From IMG/VR virus record IMGVR_UViG_3300032307_000652, positions 1 through 64,000 of that record: DNA of 64,000 nt; one strand, written 5' to 3'. A program made the translations under genes and the position numbers. Below are positions 1 through 10,204 of this stretch, piece after piece. The notes beneath the pieces are model-generated. The model had not been told where the DNA came from and made no database searches. It saw nothing but the letters and a program-made list of their open reading frames with translations. Within the stretch, counting starts at the first letter, position 1. Every line of letters starts with the position of its first letter. Source of the DNA: a virus.

Positions 1-625
1 CATTTTTATTAAATTTATTATTGTCAGTTGCTGGAAATATTGTTTCGTAATTGTCTAAAATATCAATAAGCGCTAAACCTAATTTTAATTCATTATCATT
101 TAACTCACCTTCTTCTATTGTTGTTTTAATATAATCTTTTAATATAGGAATTACATTATATTCTTGAACAGGTTCGAGTTCTAAATAATAAATCATTTCA
201 GGTCTATTTTCTAAATCACTTGAAATATCTTCGTATGAAATTTTTCTATTTGTTTCTTTTTGGTCTTTTAATATTTGACCCATAAGATAATTCTTACAAA
301 TAGTTCCAAAATATGAGTAAGCTTTCTTTTCTTTTGACGGACTAAATTTGTCAATTTTTGTCATCAAAAAAGAATGTGTATCGGTATGAATTTCAGTAAA
401 ATTCATATCTTTTCTATACAATTTATATCTTCTTATTATAGAGGATATCATCTTATCTAAAGGAAATCTTAAAAATTCATTATAAATTTTATTTTTTTCC
501 TCAAAAGTAGATGCGGTTAGAAATAATCTAACCGCATTTTCCTCTCTTATATCAAAATAATTTTCTGTGGTCGGTTTTTTCTTCTTAGTTAAAGAATCTT
601 GGACAGACGTTGCACTTAAAATCAT
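1..625 (-). CDS. T4 gp55-like late-transcription sigma factor (3' end truncated by window edge)
   Basis: Not in the ORF track. ATG at 625 overlaps the TGA of the upstream gene and the frame is open to the edge. Hand translation: MILSATSVQDSLTKKKKPTTENYFDIREENAV...FLMTKIDKFSPSKEKKAYSYFGTICKNYLMGQI, resembling sigma region 2 of gp55 (F.P.K...AY.YF..I..N). Confidence 0.7.
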   Translation of the reverse strand, partial: MILSATSVQDSLTKKKKPTTENYFDIREENAVRLFLTASTFEEKNKIYNEFLRFPLDKMISSIIRRYKLYRKDMNFTEIHTDTHSFLMTKIDKFSPSKEKKAYSYFGTICKNYLMGQILKDQKETNRKISYEDISSDLENRPEMIYYLELEPVQEYNVIPILKDYIKTTIEEGELNDNELKLGLALIDILDNYETIFPATDNNKFNKN

Positions 626-1443
626 CAAACATTTTCAGGTGTATATTTTATGTTTCTGTCTTGGCTAAAGAAATATTCTTTTTTTGCAGTATTAACCCAA
701 AACTTCACTTCATTTTCTGTTAACACATTTTCACCATTTTTATAATCCCAAAAAATAGAACCTTCTCTTAAATTCATGTGTTTATATCCAATTCTTGGAA
801 TTGTCATGAATTTAACTGAATTATAAGTCATTCTTAATAAGAACTCGTAAACAAATGTTAGTTTAAATCCTGGTTTAAATCCTCCATAATCCTCAATAAT
901 TTGTTTTTTAAATACCATTCCTGAAGTTTGAAAATTTTGGTAATTTAATAATGTTTCATTTGTTAATGTTCCCATTTCTTGGGAGAAATTAGCCGCAAAT
1001 GTTGCTTCATTTGTAAAACCTGCAAATACAGATTTATTATCAACATCAACAACAATTGGCATGAATACGTCTATATCAGTATAAATTTCTGAATATTTTT
1101 TAACATTTTTAAACCAAATTTTAGAAAACTCATCATCAAATTCTAAAATAGTATTCCATTCAGTTTTTGAGTTTTTAATACCTGTGTTAACTTGTTCACA
1201 GAAATTAGGTTTTCCATTAAATTTAATTTTATTAACTTTTAAATTACCAAAATCAAAATTATTTAAATAATTGATTAAACTTTCTTCTTCAGAGTGAACA
1301 ATTATAAGTTCGGTTGGTAGTATATCTTGTATTGTTAATGATTCAATACTCTTTTTGAAAAACTCGTCAAAATCTCTAGCCACTGAGCTTTTTAATGGTA
1401 GTATAACACTTAATTCAAATTCTTTTTTCATATTATTGTTCAA
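625..1443 (-). CDS. GT-A fold glycosyltransferase (GT2-like)
   Basis: N-terminal LSVILP strand, NFCEQVNTG helix, LEFDDEF DxD-type motif. Confidence 0.8.
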   Translation of the reverse strand: MNNNMKKEFELSVILPLKSSVARDFDEFFKKSIESLTIQDILPTELIIVHSEEESLINYLNNFDFGNLKVNKIKFNGKPNFCEQVNTGIKNSKTEWNTILEFDDEFSKIWFKNVKKYSEIYTDIDVFMPIVVDVDNKSVFAGFTNEATFAANFSQEMGTLTNETLLNYQNFQTSGMVFKKQIIEDYGGFKPGFKLTFVYEFLLRMTYNSVKFMTIPRIGYKHMNLREGSIFWDYKNGENVLTENEVKFWVNTAKKEYFFSQDRNIKYTPENV

Positions 1444-2491
1444 TTAATTGTAGTTTATTTATTTCTTCTTGAAATCCCTGAGTTCTTTTAGTGAAATAAT
1501 TTGAAAATAATTCAATAACATTCTTTTCAAATTTTTCAAAATCCGAAAACTTAGATGATGTTTCTTGACCATTATCGTATAATTTTTCAGAGATATTATC
1601 TTCTAACCAATTTTGTATAAATTCGGCAACAAAATCAACTAACTTAATTTCTTCTTGAATCCAAATACCATTCTCTTCATTTAACCATGATGGAATCATT
1701 TTAGGAACTACTCCTAAAACAGGAACATTAGACTTCATTGATTCTAATGGGAACGTCCCAAAAGAACTTGTTTTATCAATCCAAACTGATAACATACAAT
1801 CTTTTAAAGTATTCGCAAATTCCTCTTCAGAAATTCCTCTCATATCTCTAAATGTTACCCATCTAAATTGAGGATATTTTTGATAAAAAGTTTTAATTAA
1901 ATTAATTGCTTCACGTTGTTCTCTTGATGAAACCGCAATTATTGGTTTTGCTGGAAATTTAGATTTTGTAAATACAGGTGAAACAACAGGTTCTAAGATA
2001 TCTATTGAAAAGTTTCTCATAATATCTGAAATGTACTTTTTCTGATTTTCAGAAGTTGTGATACATTTTGTAAAACCGAATTGACTCCATACTTGACCTG
2101 GTTGTAAAGTTTCAAAAATATGGTCATACGCTTGTGATAAAACAATTTTAGTACAAGGTAAATTAGTTAATTGTGACATAATATAACCAAAAATTTCAGG
2201 GATTATAATAAAATCTTCAGGTGAAATCGACAAATTTTGACCCTCAACAGATTGGTGAGGGAGATTTGAATATTTTTCACCTAACCATCCTGAAACTCCA
2301 AAATAATCAGGTTTTTCATGTAACATAATCGGATTATATCCGTTTTCTTTTAACGTTAATGCCATTTGGTAGATGTATCTTACCGAGGCGTTAGCATTTC
2401 CTTTTGTGTCTTGAACAAAAAAATAAATTTTTGATTTTTTATTTTTAAGATTTTCAATAGAACTTTCAATTTTTAAAACTCTTTCTTCCAT
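1433..2491 (-). CDS. GT-B fold glycosyltransferase (GT4-like)
   Basis: SSFGTFPLESMKSNVPVLG corresponds to the GT4 E-x-F-G-x-x-x-x-E-A-M-x-x-G-x-P-V motif. Confidence 0.75.
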   Translation of the reverse strand: MEERVLKIESSIENLKNKKSKIYFFVQDTKGNANASVRYIYQMALTLKENGYNPIMLHEKPDYFGVSGWLGEKYSNLPHQSVEGQNLSISPEDFIIIPEIFGYIMSQLTNLPCTKIVLSQAYDHIFETLQPGQVWSQFGFTKCITTSENQKKYISDIMRNFSIDILEPVVSPVFTKSKFPAKPIIAVSSREQREAINLIKTFYQKYPQFRWVTFRDMRGISEEEFANTLKDCMLSVWIDKTSSFGTFPLESMKSNVPVLGVVPKMIPSWLNEENGIWIQEEIKLVDFVAEFIQNWLEDNISEKLYDNGQETSSKFSDFEKFEKNVIELFSNYFTKRTQGFQEEINKLQLIEQ

Positions 2492-2494
2492 ATT

Positions 2495-2755
2495 TTAATA
2501 TTTGTTTATTATTTTATTATTTAATAAAGTGTTGAACGCCAATTTAAATGGTATTGATAAATTTGATTTATTACCAAGTTTTTCATCAGTTTCTTCACTT
2601 TCTGATAGAACAACATCTATCATAATTTTTATTAGTTCATATTTTACAACACTTATATGTTGTTCACTATCTCCGCTAATACTAGCGTCATAGGTTACAC
2701 TGTCATTAATTAAGTCTAAATCAATATAATAGTGTTCGTTAAGAATTGGTAGCAT
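2495..2755 (-). CDS. hypothetical protein (86 aa)
   Basis: Tightly coupled ORF within the operon; no recognised motif. Confidence 0.7.
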   Translation of the reverse strand: MLPILNEHYYIDLDLINDSVTYDASISGDSEQHISVVKYELIKIMIDVVLSESEETDEKLGNKSNLSIPFKLAFNTLLNNKIINKY

Positions 2756-3344
2756 TTAATTTATTTTTTAAAATTAACTTTAGTTCTTCGATAGAATTAA
2801 TTGATTTATCACAATTAATTTTTTCGTTATAAATTGTATTGAATTTAATACAATTATTATAATTAATAAGAATATCAGGATTGGAAGTAACTATTAAATC
2901 AAAATCTCCTAAAACTTTGGACTTATTTGAGTCATTGTAGAATAAAATTGATTCGATTAAACACCCAAACTTTGATAAGAAAAATAAAGTTGCGGGTTTT
3001 GTTTTACCAATCTCATCTGAAATTATAACAATATCATTTTTATCTCTAAAATCTAAATAAAAATCATTTAGATAATTAAAACTTAACAACTCAGTTGATG
3101 GAGAATGACCAAAAATCTCCATTGGGAATTCTTCGTATAAAAAACTAAAAAATTCTTCTTTTGATTGAAATGAAAAATGATTCATTAAATCTAAAGAATC
3201 AATTGGCTCATTAATTTTATATTCAAACGGATTTTCAGACTCAGAATTTTCTGAGTTATTTTCTATTAAAAATTTTTCATAAGTAGTTTTAAATTTACCT
3301 ATGGTATCTCTTAAAACACCATTAACATCAATTCCTATCTTCAT
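2739..3344 (-). CDS. HAD-family 5'(3')-deoxyribonucleotidase-like protein
   Basis: MKIGIDVNGVLRD motif I, with N at the second Asp position; NT5C-like length and layout. Confidence 0.65.
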   Translation of the reverse strand: MKIGIDVNGVLRDTIGKFKTTYEKFLIENNSENSESENPFEYKINEPIDSLDLMNHFSFQSKEEFFSFLYEEFPMEIFGHSPSTELLSFNYLNDFYLDFRDKNDIVIISDEIGKTKPATLFFLSKFGCLIESILFYNDSNKSKVLGDFDLIVTSNPDILINYNNCIKFNTIYNEKINCDKSINSIEELKLILKNKLNATNS

Positions 3345-4068
3345 ATCTTTTTAAGATTTCAGTAATTAATGGGTTTCTAACAACATCTTCATCTCCAAAT
3401 TCATGAACACCAATTTCGGAAATATTTTTAAATTTCTCAATAGCGTCCCACAAACCTGAATGTTTTTTATCTTTATATCTGTCAGTTTGTTCTAAGTCAC
3501 CGGATATAAAAAATTTACTATCTGTTCCAATACGAGTTAACAACAATTTCATTTGTTTTGGAGTTGCGTTTTGTGCTTCTTCAAATATTAAAATAGAATT
3601 ATCAATATTCATCCCTCTCATATACGCCAAAGCAAAAACTTCAATAACCTCCATTTGTTTTAATTTTTCTCTAGCTTCTTTACCTATAATTTTATTTAAT
3701 AGATAGTAAGATGGGAAAATATACGGGTCCAATTTTTCTTCAACATTACCGGGTAATGAACCAAGTTTTTCCTCAGCTTCAACAGCCGGTCTAACTATGA
3801 TAATTTTTTCATAAGGTGAAGTATGGTCGGCAATTAAATCAACTGCCGCTTTCATAGCTATAAAACTTTTACCTACACCCGCCGGACCTGAACAAATAGT
3901 AATTTGATTTTTCTTTAATTTGTCGTAATACTCTCTTTGACTTTGAGTTAAGAATTTATCTTTACTCTTTTTAATCATCCCACTAATTTGGTCTTTTTTA
4001 GACATTTTTGGTTTAGCATCAGTAGGAATATACTGACCGTCTTTGCTAATTGTTTTTTTTCTTGTCAT
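3328..4068 (-). CDS. phoH: PhoH-like ATPase
   Basis: GPAGVGKS Walker A, RPAVEAEEKLGSLPG, LAYMRG, EEAQN, GDLEQTD, VVRNPLI. Confidence 0.95.
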   Translation of the reverse strand: MTRKKTISKDGQYIPTDAKPKMSKKDQISGMIKKSKDKFLTQSQREYYDKLKKNQITICSGPAGVGKSFIAMKAAVDLIADHTSPYEKIIIVRPAVEAEEKLGSLPGNVEEKLDPYIFPSYYLLNKIIGKEAREKLKQMEVIEVFALAYMRGMNIDNSILIFEEAQNATPKQMKLLLTRIGTDSKFFISGDLEQTDRYKDKKHSGLWDAIEKFKNISEIGVHEFGDEDVVRNPLITEILKRYEDRN

Positions 4069-5042
4069 TATTTAATTGTATAATAATCCATCCAGTAGTC
4101 AATCATTTCATCTAGCATTGTCTCAAATGTGTAATCATGAGACCACCCCGTTGATTTAATCAGTTTGGAAGAATCTCCTTTTAAATCGTGTAATTCTTCA
4201 GGTCTTAAGAACTTTTCATCTTGGATAACGTATTCTTTATAATCTAACCCTAAAGATGAAAATACATAATCACAAAGTTCTCTAACTGAATGTGATATTC
4301 CTGTTGAACAAACAAAATCATCAGGATTTTCTAATTGTAGGATTTCCCACATTGCTTTTACATAATCTTTGGCATGACCCCAATCCCGTGTAGCATCAAG
4401 ATTACCCAATTTTAATTCATTAGATAGTCCTAATTTAATCTTAACAGCTTCTTTACATACTTTATTAGTTACAAAGTTTGTTCCTCTTCTTGGTGATTCA
4501 TGGTTAAATAAAATACCATTAGAAATAAACATACCATATGAGTTTCTATAGTTACGACAAATATTATAACTGAATACTTTAGCACAACCATATGGTGACA
4601 CGGGGTTCATTGGGGTTGTTTCTCTTTGAAATCCGTCAGAATCAATTGAATTCCCAAACATCTCTGAAGAAGACGCCTGATAAATCTTTGTATCAGGTTT
4701 TATTAATTTAACAGCTTCAAGGAGATTCAAAGTTCCAATACCAGTTACTTGAGATGTATAAATTGGTTGGTCAAATGAAATTCTAACGTGTGACTGAGCT
4801 GCCAAATTATATATTTCATCAGGTTGTGTTTTTTGAATAACTGAAATTAATGAAGATAAATCAATCAAGTCTCCGTAATGTAATTGTATTTTATTATACA
4901 CACTATCAAGTCTCGCGGTTTGATTTTCTGCAACTGAATTTCTTTTAAGAATTCCATGTACCTCATAACCTTTATTCAGTAAAAATTCCGATAAATAAGA
5001 ACCATCCTGTCCATTTATTCCAGTTATTAATGCTTTTTTCAT
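4068..5042 (-). CDS. gmd: GDP-mannose 4,6-dehydratase
   Basis: ALITGINGQDGSYL, YNLAAQSHV, QASSSEMFG, SPYGCAK, FNHESPRRG, RDWGHAKDYV. Confidence 0.97.
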   Translation of the reverse strand: MKKALITGINGQDGSYLSEFLLNKGYEVHGILKRNSVAENQTARLDSVYNKIQLHYGDLIDLSSLISVIQKTQPDEIYNLAAQSHVRISFDQPIYTSQVTGIGTLNLLEAVKLIKPDTKIYQASSSEMFGNSIDSDGFQRETTPMNPVSPYGCAKVFSYNICRNYRNSYGMFISNGILFNHESPRRGTNFVTNKVCKEAVKIKLGLSNELKLGNLDATRDWGHAKDYVKAMWEILQLENPDDFVCSTGISHSVRELCDYVFSSLGLDYKEYVIQDEKFLRPEELHDLKGDSSKLIKSTGWSHDYTFETMLDEMIDYWMDYYTIK

Positions 5043-6202
5043 AAATTTTCGTTAACTATTTTAATTACTTTACTTATTTCATCACTAGTCATTTGATGGT
5101 TATTTGGGATATATATACCAAATTCATGTATCATTTTAGAATTAGGTAAAGAACTTTTACCATATCGTTCATACCAAAATGGATGTTCATTAATTGAACC
5201 ACATATTAATGGACGACACTCAATATTATTATCTATTAATGCTTTAGTTAAAGATTTAATATTTTTAGTTATAATTGGAAATGAAAAATTTGATATAAAA
5301 GAATTTTTTGGTGGGGTAATGTTCCAATAATCATTAACAATTTCATTTTTATATCTGATATAATTTTTATTACGGTTATTAACTATTATATCAATTCTTT
5401 TTAGTTGTTCTAACCCAATGAATGCTTGTAAATCAGTTGCCCTTAAATTAAATCCTGGATAATAAAAAGTGTAAAGTGACCTAAAATCATCTACCTCATA
5501 TTTTTTTCTTAATGATTCTTGTTTTTCTTTAGGTAAATCTCTATCCCATCCATGTGAACGTATTGATAAAAGAATATGGTATAATTCTTCATCATTAGTT
5601 GATACCATACCACCTTCTATGGTTGACATGTGATGTCCAAAATAAAATGAGAATGTTGATAAATCTCCAAAAGTCCCTAATTTTTTGTTTTCATATTCAG
5701 AACCAATAGATTCACAAGTATCCTCAATTAATAAAATATTATTTTCTTGACATAACTTGATAATTTCATCCATATGATTTGGGAATCCTAACACGTGTAC
5801 TAAAATTATTGCCGAAGGACTTTCGTTTTTAATAATCTCTTTTAAATGATTAATATCTAAACCTAAATTATCCATATCACATTCACACATTATTGGTTCC
5901 ATACCTAATTGTATGGCAGGTGTTACGGTAGTTACCCAAGATACTGCGGGTACAACAATTTTTTTGTTTTTTAACTTACCTGATAAAATTAATGAGTAAA
6001 CAGCCGCTAAGTTTGCGGATGACCCTGAATTTACAAAAACTGAATACTTAACTCCTAACCATTCTGACCATTTTTTTTCAAATTCGACAGTTAAATTACC
6101 TTTAGTAAGTTTTGGATTGGTTTCTAACCAAGATATAAGTTTTTTAATATCGTTAAAATCAATAGTGTCTTTAACCAAATTTATTTTTTCTGATATCATC
6201 AT
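5039..6202 (-). CDS. colD: PLP-dependent GDP-4-keto-6-deoxymannose 3-dehydratase (ColD-like, DegT/DnrJ family)
   Basis: VNSGSSANL, IEDTCES; SFYFGHHMSTIEGG has His at the Schiff-base Lys position; RSHGWDR lacks the Cys-rich Fe-S segment of E1/RfbH. Confidence 0.8.
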   Translation of the reverse strand: MMISEKINLVKDTIDFNDIKKLISWLETNPKLTKGNLTVEFEKKWSEWLGVKYSVFVNSGSSANLAAVYSLILSGKLKNKKIVVPAVSWVTTVTPAIQLGMEPIMCECDMDNLGLDINHLKEIIKNESPSAIILVHVLGFPNHMDEIIKLCQENNILLIEDTCESIGSEYENKKLGTFGDLSTFSFYFGHHMSTIEGGMVSTNDEELYHILLSIRSHGWDRDLPKEKQESLRKKYEVDDFRSLYTFYYPGFNLRATDLQAFIGLEQLKRIDIIVNNRNKNYIRYKNEIVNDYWNITPPKNSFISNFSFPIITKNIKSLTKALIDNNIECRPLICGSINEHPFWYERYGKSSLPNSKMIHEFGIYIPNNHQMTSDEISKVIKIVNENL

Positions 6203-6956
6203 ATGTTAAATTTAATAGTTCTGTATAATCCGAATATTTTATTTTTGATAAATAATTTTTCCTATGATTTGGTAAATTATTTTCATTATTTAGTTTAATA
6301 TAATCATTTGGATTTACATTGTGTAGTTGAAATAACTCATTAACAAAATCTTTAATATTAATTAATTCACCAGAACCAACTAATATATCTTGATTAGTGT
6401 TTATTGACTCTCTAACTATAATGGACGGGTGAATTATATCACGACTAAAATTTAAATCTCCAACATAGTTAATATTTTTATTGATTAAAGAATCAAATAT
6501 TTTACTAAAAAGATATCCTTGTTTTCTATAAATCGAATTGAAATTAAATGGGTATACAATATGAATATTTTGATAATCTTTTTTATTATCATTTATATAG
6601 TTACATAAAATTTCTTTTGATTTAATATATGGGGTATAATTATAATTAAATTTCAAATCGATTGAAACTTCACCTTCATAATTATTCCATAATTCAGACG
6701 TTGAATAAATAACAATTCGTTTAACGTAATCTTTGATTTTATTAATTAAATCTAATGTATAGTAAAAATTAATTTTTAAAAAAAAATCATCATTTTCATT
6801 TAAAAATGTTCGTTGTTCGGCAAATAAAATGTAAACATTTTCATAACCATCATTAATAATTGAATTAACATCAATATTCCTTGAAGAAATTCTTTTATAA
6901 TTTAATGGAAAATAATTAGATAACTGTGAGGTTGAACCAATAATTAAATTATTCAT
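6171..6956 (-). CDS. NAD(P)-dependent sugar epimerase/reductase (extended SDR; candidate ColC/WcaG-like)
   Basis: Likely start ATG 6956 (MNNLIIGSTSQLS, degenerate Rossmann motif), YSTSE, YIKSK (YxxxK), FSRDIIHP. Confidence 0.7.
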   Translation of the reverse strand: MNNLIIGSTSQLSNYFPLNYKRISSRNIDVNSIINDGYENVYILFAEQRTFLNENDDFFLKINFYYTLDLINKIKDYVKRIVIYSTSELWNNYEGEVSIDLKFNYNYTPYIKSKEILCNYINDNKKDYQNIHIVYPFNFNSIYRKQGYLFSKIFDSLINKNINYVGDLNFSRDIIHPSIIVRESINTNQDILVGSGELINIKDFVNELFQLHNVNPNDYIKLNNENNLPNHRKNYLSKIKYSDYTELLNLTYDDIRKNKFG

Positions 6957-7296
6957 CAAAACCTTTATAATGTTTAACTGAGTCTTCAATCAAAGATTTT
7001 CCAGTTATTACTGAATTTTCAATCATTCTATTAACCGCTTCAACATATTTTGGTCTTTTAATTTTAAAACAAATGTCAATTTTTCGTTTTAAATCCGCTA
7101 TTTCGGTATCGGTAGTTGCTTGACTAATAGAATCTTCCAAATACCACATACGACAATGTAAAATTGCTAATTTTTCAATGACCTCGCCAATATTATCAGT
7201 TTCTATGATATCCTCAGGTAATTCAACATTTTTATTTTTATTTAAAATCTCTAAAATTTTAGATTCAATTATATTTTCAATACTCTGACCAACCAT
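6949..7296 (-). CDS. small helical protein of glycan clusters (DUF4254/DUF6165-like)
   Basis: IGEVIEKLAIL...MWYLEDSI...KRKID...KR...VN pattern. Confidence 0.5.
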   Translation of the reverse strand: MVGQSIENIIESKILEILNKNKNVELPEDIIETDNIGEVIEKLAILHCRMWYLEDSISQATTDTEIADLKRKIDICFKIKRPKYVEAVNRMIENSVITGKSLIEDSVKHYKGFDE

Positions 7297-7297
7297 A

Positions 7298-8161
7298 TTA
7301 ATTAATTAAATTATTTTTTATTATTTCAAACATATTTACATAATCAAAATTATTTGACCATATAAAATTTGCTTTTAAATTTGAATAAAATTTACCCTCA
7401 TTTGGATTAAAGTTAAATGAGATAAAAGTTTTGTTAACGTCCAATAAATTTTCTTTTACTTGTGCGAAACAATATGGTCCTGATGCTCTCCCAATAATAA
7501 CATCACAAAATGTTGAGATTTGACTAATATATAATAAATCAGGTAATACTTGAGTTATTGTATCAACATTAACCATATTATCATTAATACAATTAACTGA
7601 TTTTGAACATATAAATAATATGTCAGGAAATTCAGAAGATAATTGGGTTATTAATGGATAAAAATCGAAATTATGAGATTGACCTGAGTGAACATCCCCA
7701 TTAGAAATTAAAACAATTTTTTTAAATTTTTCTTTATATAAAATTATTTTAGAATTAATTAAATCAAAATTTGGTAAATTACTATAATTTATAGTTGGTA
7801 AATGCTCTTCAATGTTACTAATCTGTATATCAAAATTACTAATAATTTCTTTAGCTAATTCCATATGGTTTTCAAAAGAACACCCATCATTAACTCTGTT
7901 CAAATAACTAACACTACCTTGTCCTATCCATGTATTAATTGCGTCAAATTTTAAACTTTCTGAAAAATGGTCGGTATGTTTAAATTCAGATGGAATACCT
8001 GAAATCTCTTCAATGTCTAAACAATCTTGGAATAATGGTGGTGTTAAATTATGGTAGAATCTGACGTTAAATTTATTTTTTAATAAATTAGTCACCATTC
8101 TTGCAAATAATACGTCTCCATTATGGAAGTGATTATATAAATTTATTGTAGTTTTTGACAT
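7298..8161 (-). CDS. putative GT-B glycosyltransferase (GT9-like)
   Basis: HNGDVLF at the N-terminus and CDVIIGRASGPYCFA resemble GT9 (GD...; IG.DSGP.H). Confidence 0.55.
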   Translation of the reverse strand: MSKTTINLYNHFHNGDVLFARMVTNLLKNKFNVRFYHNLTPPLFQDCLDIEEISGIPSEFKHTDHFSESLKFDAINTWIGQGSVSYLNRVNDGCSFENHMELAKEIISNFDIQISNIEEHLPTINYSNLPNFDLINSKIILYKEKFKKIVLISNGDVHSGQSHNFDFYPLITQLSSEFPDILFICSKSVNCINDNMVNVDTITQVLPDLLYISQISTFCDVIIGRASGPYCFAQVKENLLDVNKTFISFNFNPNEGKFYSNLKANFIWSNNFDYVNMFEIIKNNLIN

Positions 8162-8243
8162 GATTATTTAAATTTTTTAAAAATGATATATATTGAAATA
8201 ATTTAAAAAATTAATTTTTTTAGTCAATAAATTATATATTATT

Positions 8244-8798
8244 TTAATTTTTAATATAGTACCAGCAGGGACCATTTACTTTAACATTATACTCTCCAAA
8301 AATTTCATTTACTGCCATTGCAACTTCGTTTGTATAATAATAATCATGACCACCAATTATACTATTTGGTTTTAATTTTGGAAGCCAACTTTTTATATCG
8401 TTATAAACACTATCGTAATCATGTGCGGCATCTATAAAAATAAAATCAAAATACGAATCTTCAAAATCTTTAGATACTACAATAGATTTTCCTTTTATTG
8501 GTGTAATCATGTCTTTAACTCTATCAATATTTGATAAAAATGTAGTATAGGCGCCATCATTTTCAAAAATTGGATGATTATTAATTTCAGAATATGGTTC
8601 CCATATATCAACACAGTAACAATCTACATTTTTACTTTGTATTTTACATTCAACTGCAAAATATGAGATACTTCTACCTAACCAACTCCCAATTTCAATC
8701 ATTTTAGAATTTTCAGGTAATTGGTTAATAACAAATTGATAAAATTCTTCATAGTTAAACCAGTTTTCTCCAGGTAATGTTTTATAATAATGTTCCAT
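8244..8798 (-). CDS. class I SAM-dependent methyltransferase (Methyltransf_24-like)
   Basis: IEIGSWLGRS, FIFIDAAHDYDSV, GGHDY. Confidence 0.9.
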   Translation of the reverse strand: MEHYYKTLPGENWFNYEEFYQFVINQLPENSKMIEIGSWLGRSISYFAVECKIQSKNVDCYCVDIWEPYSEINNHPIFENDGAYTTFLSNIDRVKDMITPIKGKSIVVSKDFEDSYFDFIFIDAAHDYDSVYNDIKSWLPKLKPNSIIGGHDYYYTNEVAMAVNEIFGEYNVKVNGPCWYYIKN

Positions 8799-8807
8799 TT
8801 TTTTATT

Positions 8808-9380
8808 TTAATTTATTTTTATTGCTAAATCACACCAACCATTTGTTCCAACATTTTTTATAATATCGTAATTTTTTGATTTTAATATATCATAAATTTC
8901 TATATTTTTAATATGTAGATTTTCAAAATAAATTTTGTTAATGTTAAAATCATCAAAATTTATTGATTTTATAATTTTATCATCATGACCTTCAGCGTCT
9001 ATAAATAATATATCAATGTTGGTTAAATTGTATTTTTTAAATAAATCATTAATATTTAATGATTTTATTTTTATAGATGTTATTCTATCCTCAGATAAGT
9101 GAGTATGTCTTTCATAAATATGTTTTGGGTCTAATGACGAGACTTCATATCCTGGTCCATCATCTAAATGGTAATAAAAGGTAATTTCAGAATTACTTTC
9201 ATCATCAATTACGACATTCTCAACAAATAAGTTATTAACCCATCCATAAAAACTTTTTAAGTTTTCATTATGAATTGACATTGGTTCTACTAATAGTAAA
9301 ACATTTGGTTGAGTTTCTCCAATAAGGACTGTTAAATCATCATTTCCTTTATTTGCACCTATTTGCACAATATTAATCAT
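8808..9380 (-). CDS. FkbM-family methyltransferase
   Basis: VQIGANKG, LVEP, ILFIDAEGHD. Confidence 0.88.
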   Translation of the reverse strand: MINIVQIGANKGNDDLTVLIGETQPNVLLLVEPMSIHNENLKSFYGWVNNLFVENVVIDDESNSEITFYYHLDDGPGYEVSSLDPKHIYERHTHLSEDRITSIKIKSLNINDLFKKYNLTNIDILFIDAEGHDDKIIKSINFDDFNINKIYFENLHIKNIEIYDILKSKNYDIIKNVGTNGWCDLAIKIN

Positions 9381-10204
9381 TGTAAAATGTTTTGTATTAT
9401 ATTTTTAGTTGTTAAATTTCTTTTTGTATAATCTAAAATAAAATCATTTTGTTCTAAATTTTGTTCTTTATATTTAGAAAAATTAATAATTTTTTTTTTT
9501 GGTAAATTAACTAATGTATTTATCGGACAGTTTTCTAAATCTTCAAATAATGGGATACATCCATTCATCATTATTTCATAGTGTCTAAGACAGTCCCATC
9601 CGGCCTTTTTTTTAGTGTGAGCATACCAAGAATTAGAATATTCGATGTAATAATCTTTTTCATCACTAAATGAATAATTTTTATTCGAATTTGGTATAAT
9701 ATCCGAAATTAATTTTTTTTTATCCCCAATTTTATCTATAACTAATTCACTTGGAACACCAAAGTTAATTGGATAAACCCCATTAATTTTATTATGATAT
9801 TCTCTTTTAAAATATAATCCACCACCTAAATAGTTGTAATTAATCCTATCCATTTCATCTTCTCCATCAATGATTATAATATCTTCTTTAGAGTATGATT
9901 TTGATACTATATTAAAATAGTCGTCACATCTCCATATTGAACCATATATGATTTTATCAAAAAATTTATTTTGTATTAGTTCCGACACATCTGAAGGCAT
10001 TTCTAAAAATAAAGATGAGTTTATTTTCCCATATATTGTAAATCCTCGGCCATATAAATTATTCTTATTAGTTAAATCATCATACATGTAAGAAAGTTTT
10101 GTGCTTTCATACATTTCTATACCTTCAGTAGTTTTACCACCATGAAAAACCATGTCAGACATATAGTCTGGACCTGATGCGTTAGTTACAAATAAAATTT
10201 TCAT
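9377..10204 (-). CDS. putative glycosyltransferase (GT-B C-terminal motif)
   Basis: GWDCLRHYEIMMNGCIP motif; IIDGED; cluster context. Confidence 0.65.
   Translation of the reverse strand: MKILFVTNASGPDYMSDMVFHGGKTTEGIEMYESTKLSYMYDDLTNKNNLYGRGFTIYGKINSSLFLEMPSDVSELIQNKFFDKIIYGSIWRCDDYFNIVSKSYSKEDIIIIDGEDEMDRINYNYLGGGLYFKREYHNKINGVYPINFGVPSELVIDKIGDKKKLISDIIPNSNKNYSFSDEKDYYIEYSNSWYAHTKKKAGWDCLRHYEIMMNGCIPLFEDLENCPINTLVNLPKKKIINFSKYKEQNLEQNDFILDYTKRNLTTKNIIQNILQ

Noticed and set aside
8200-8227. Internal sigma70-like promoter TTGACT-N16-TAAATT on the minus strand
   Set aside because: Suboptimal spacing in an almost pure A/T gap; cannot be distinguished from chance
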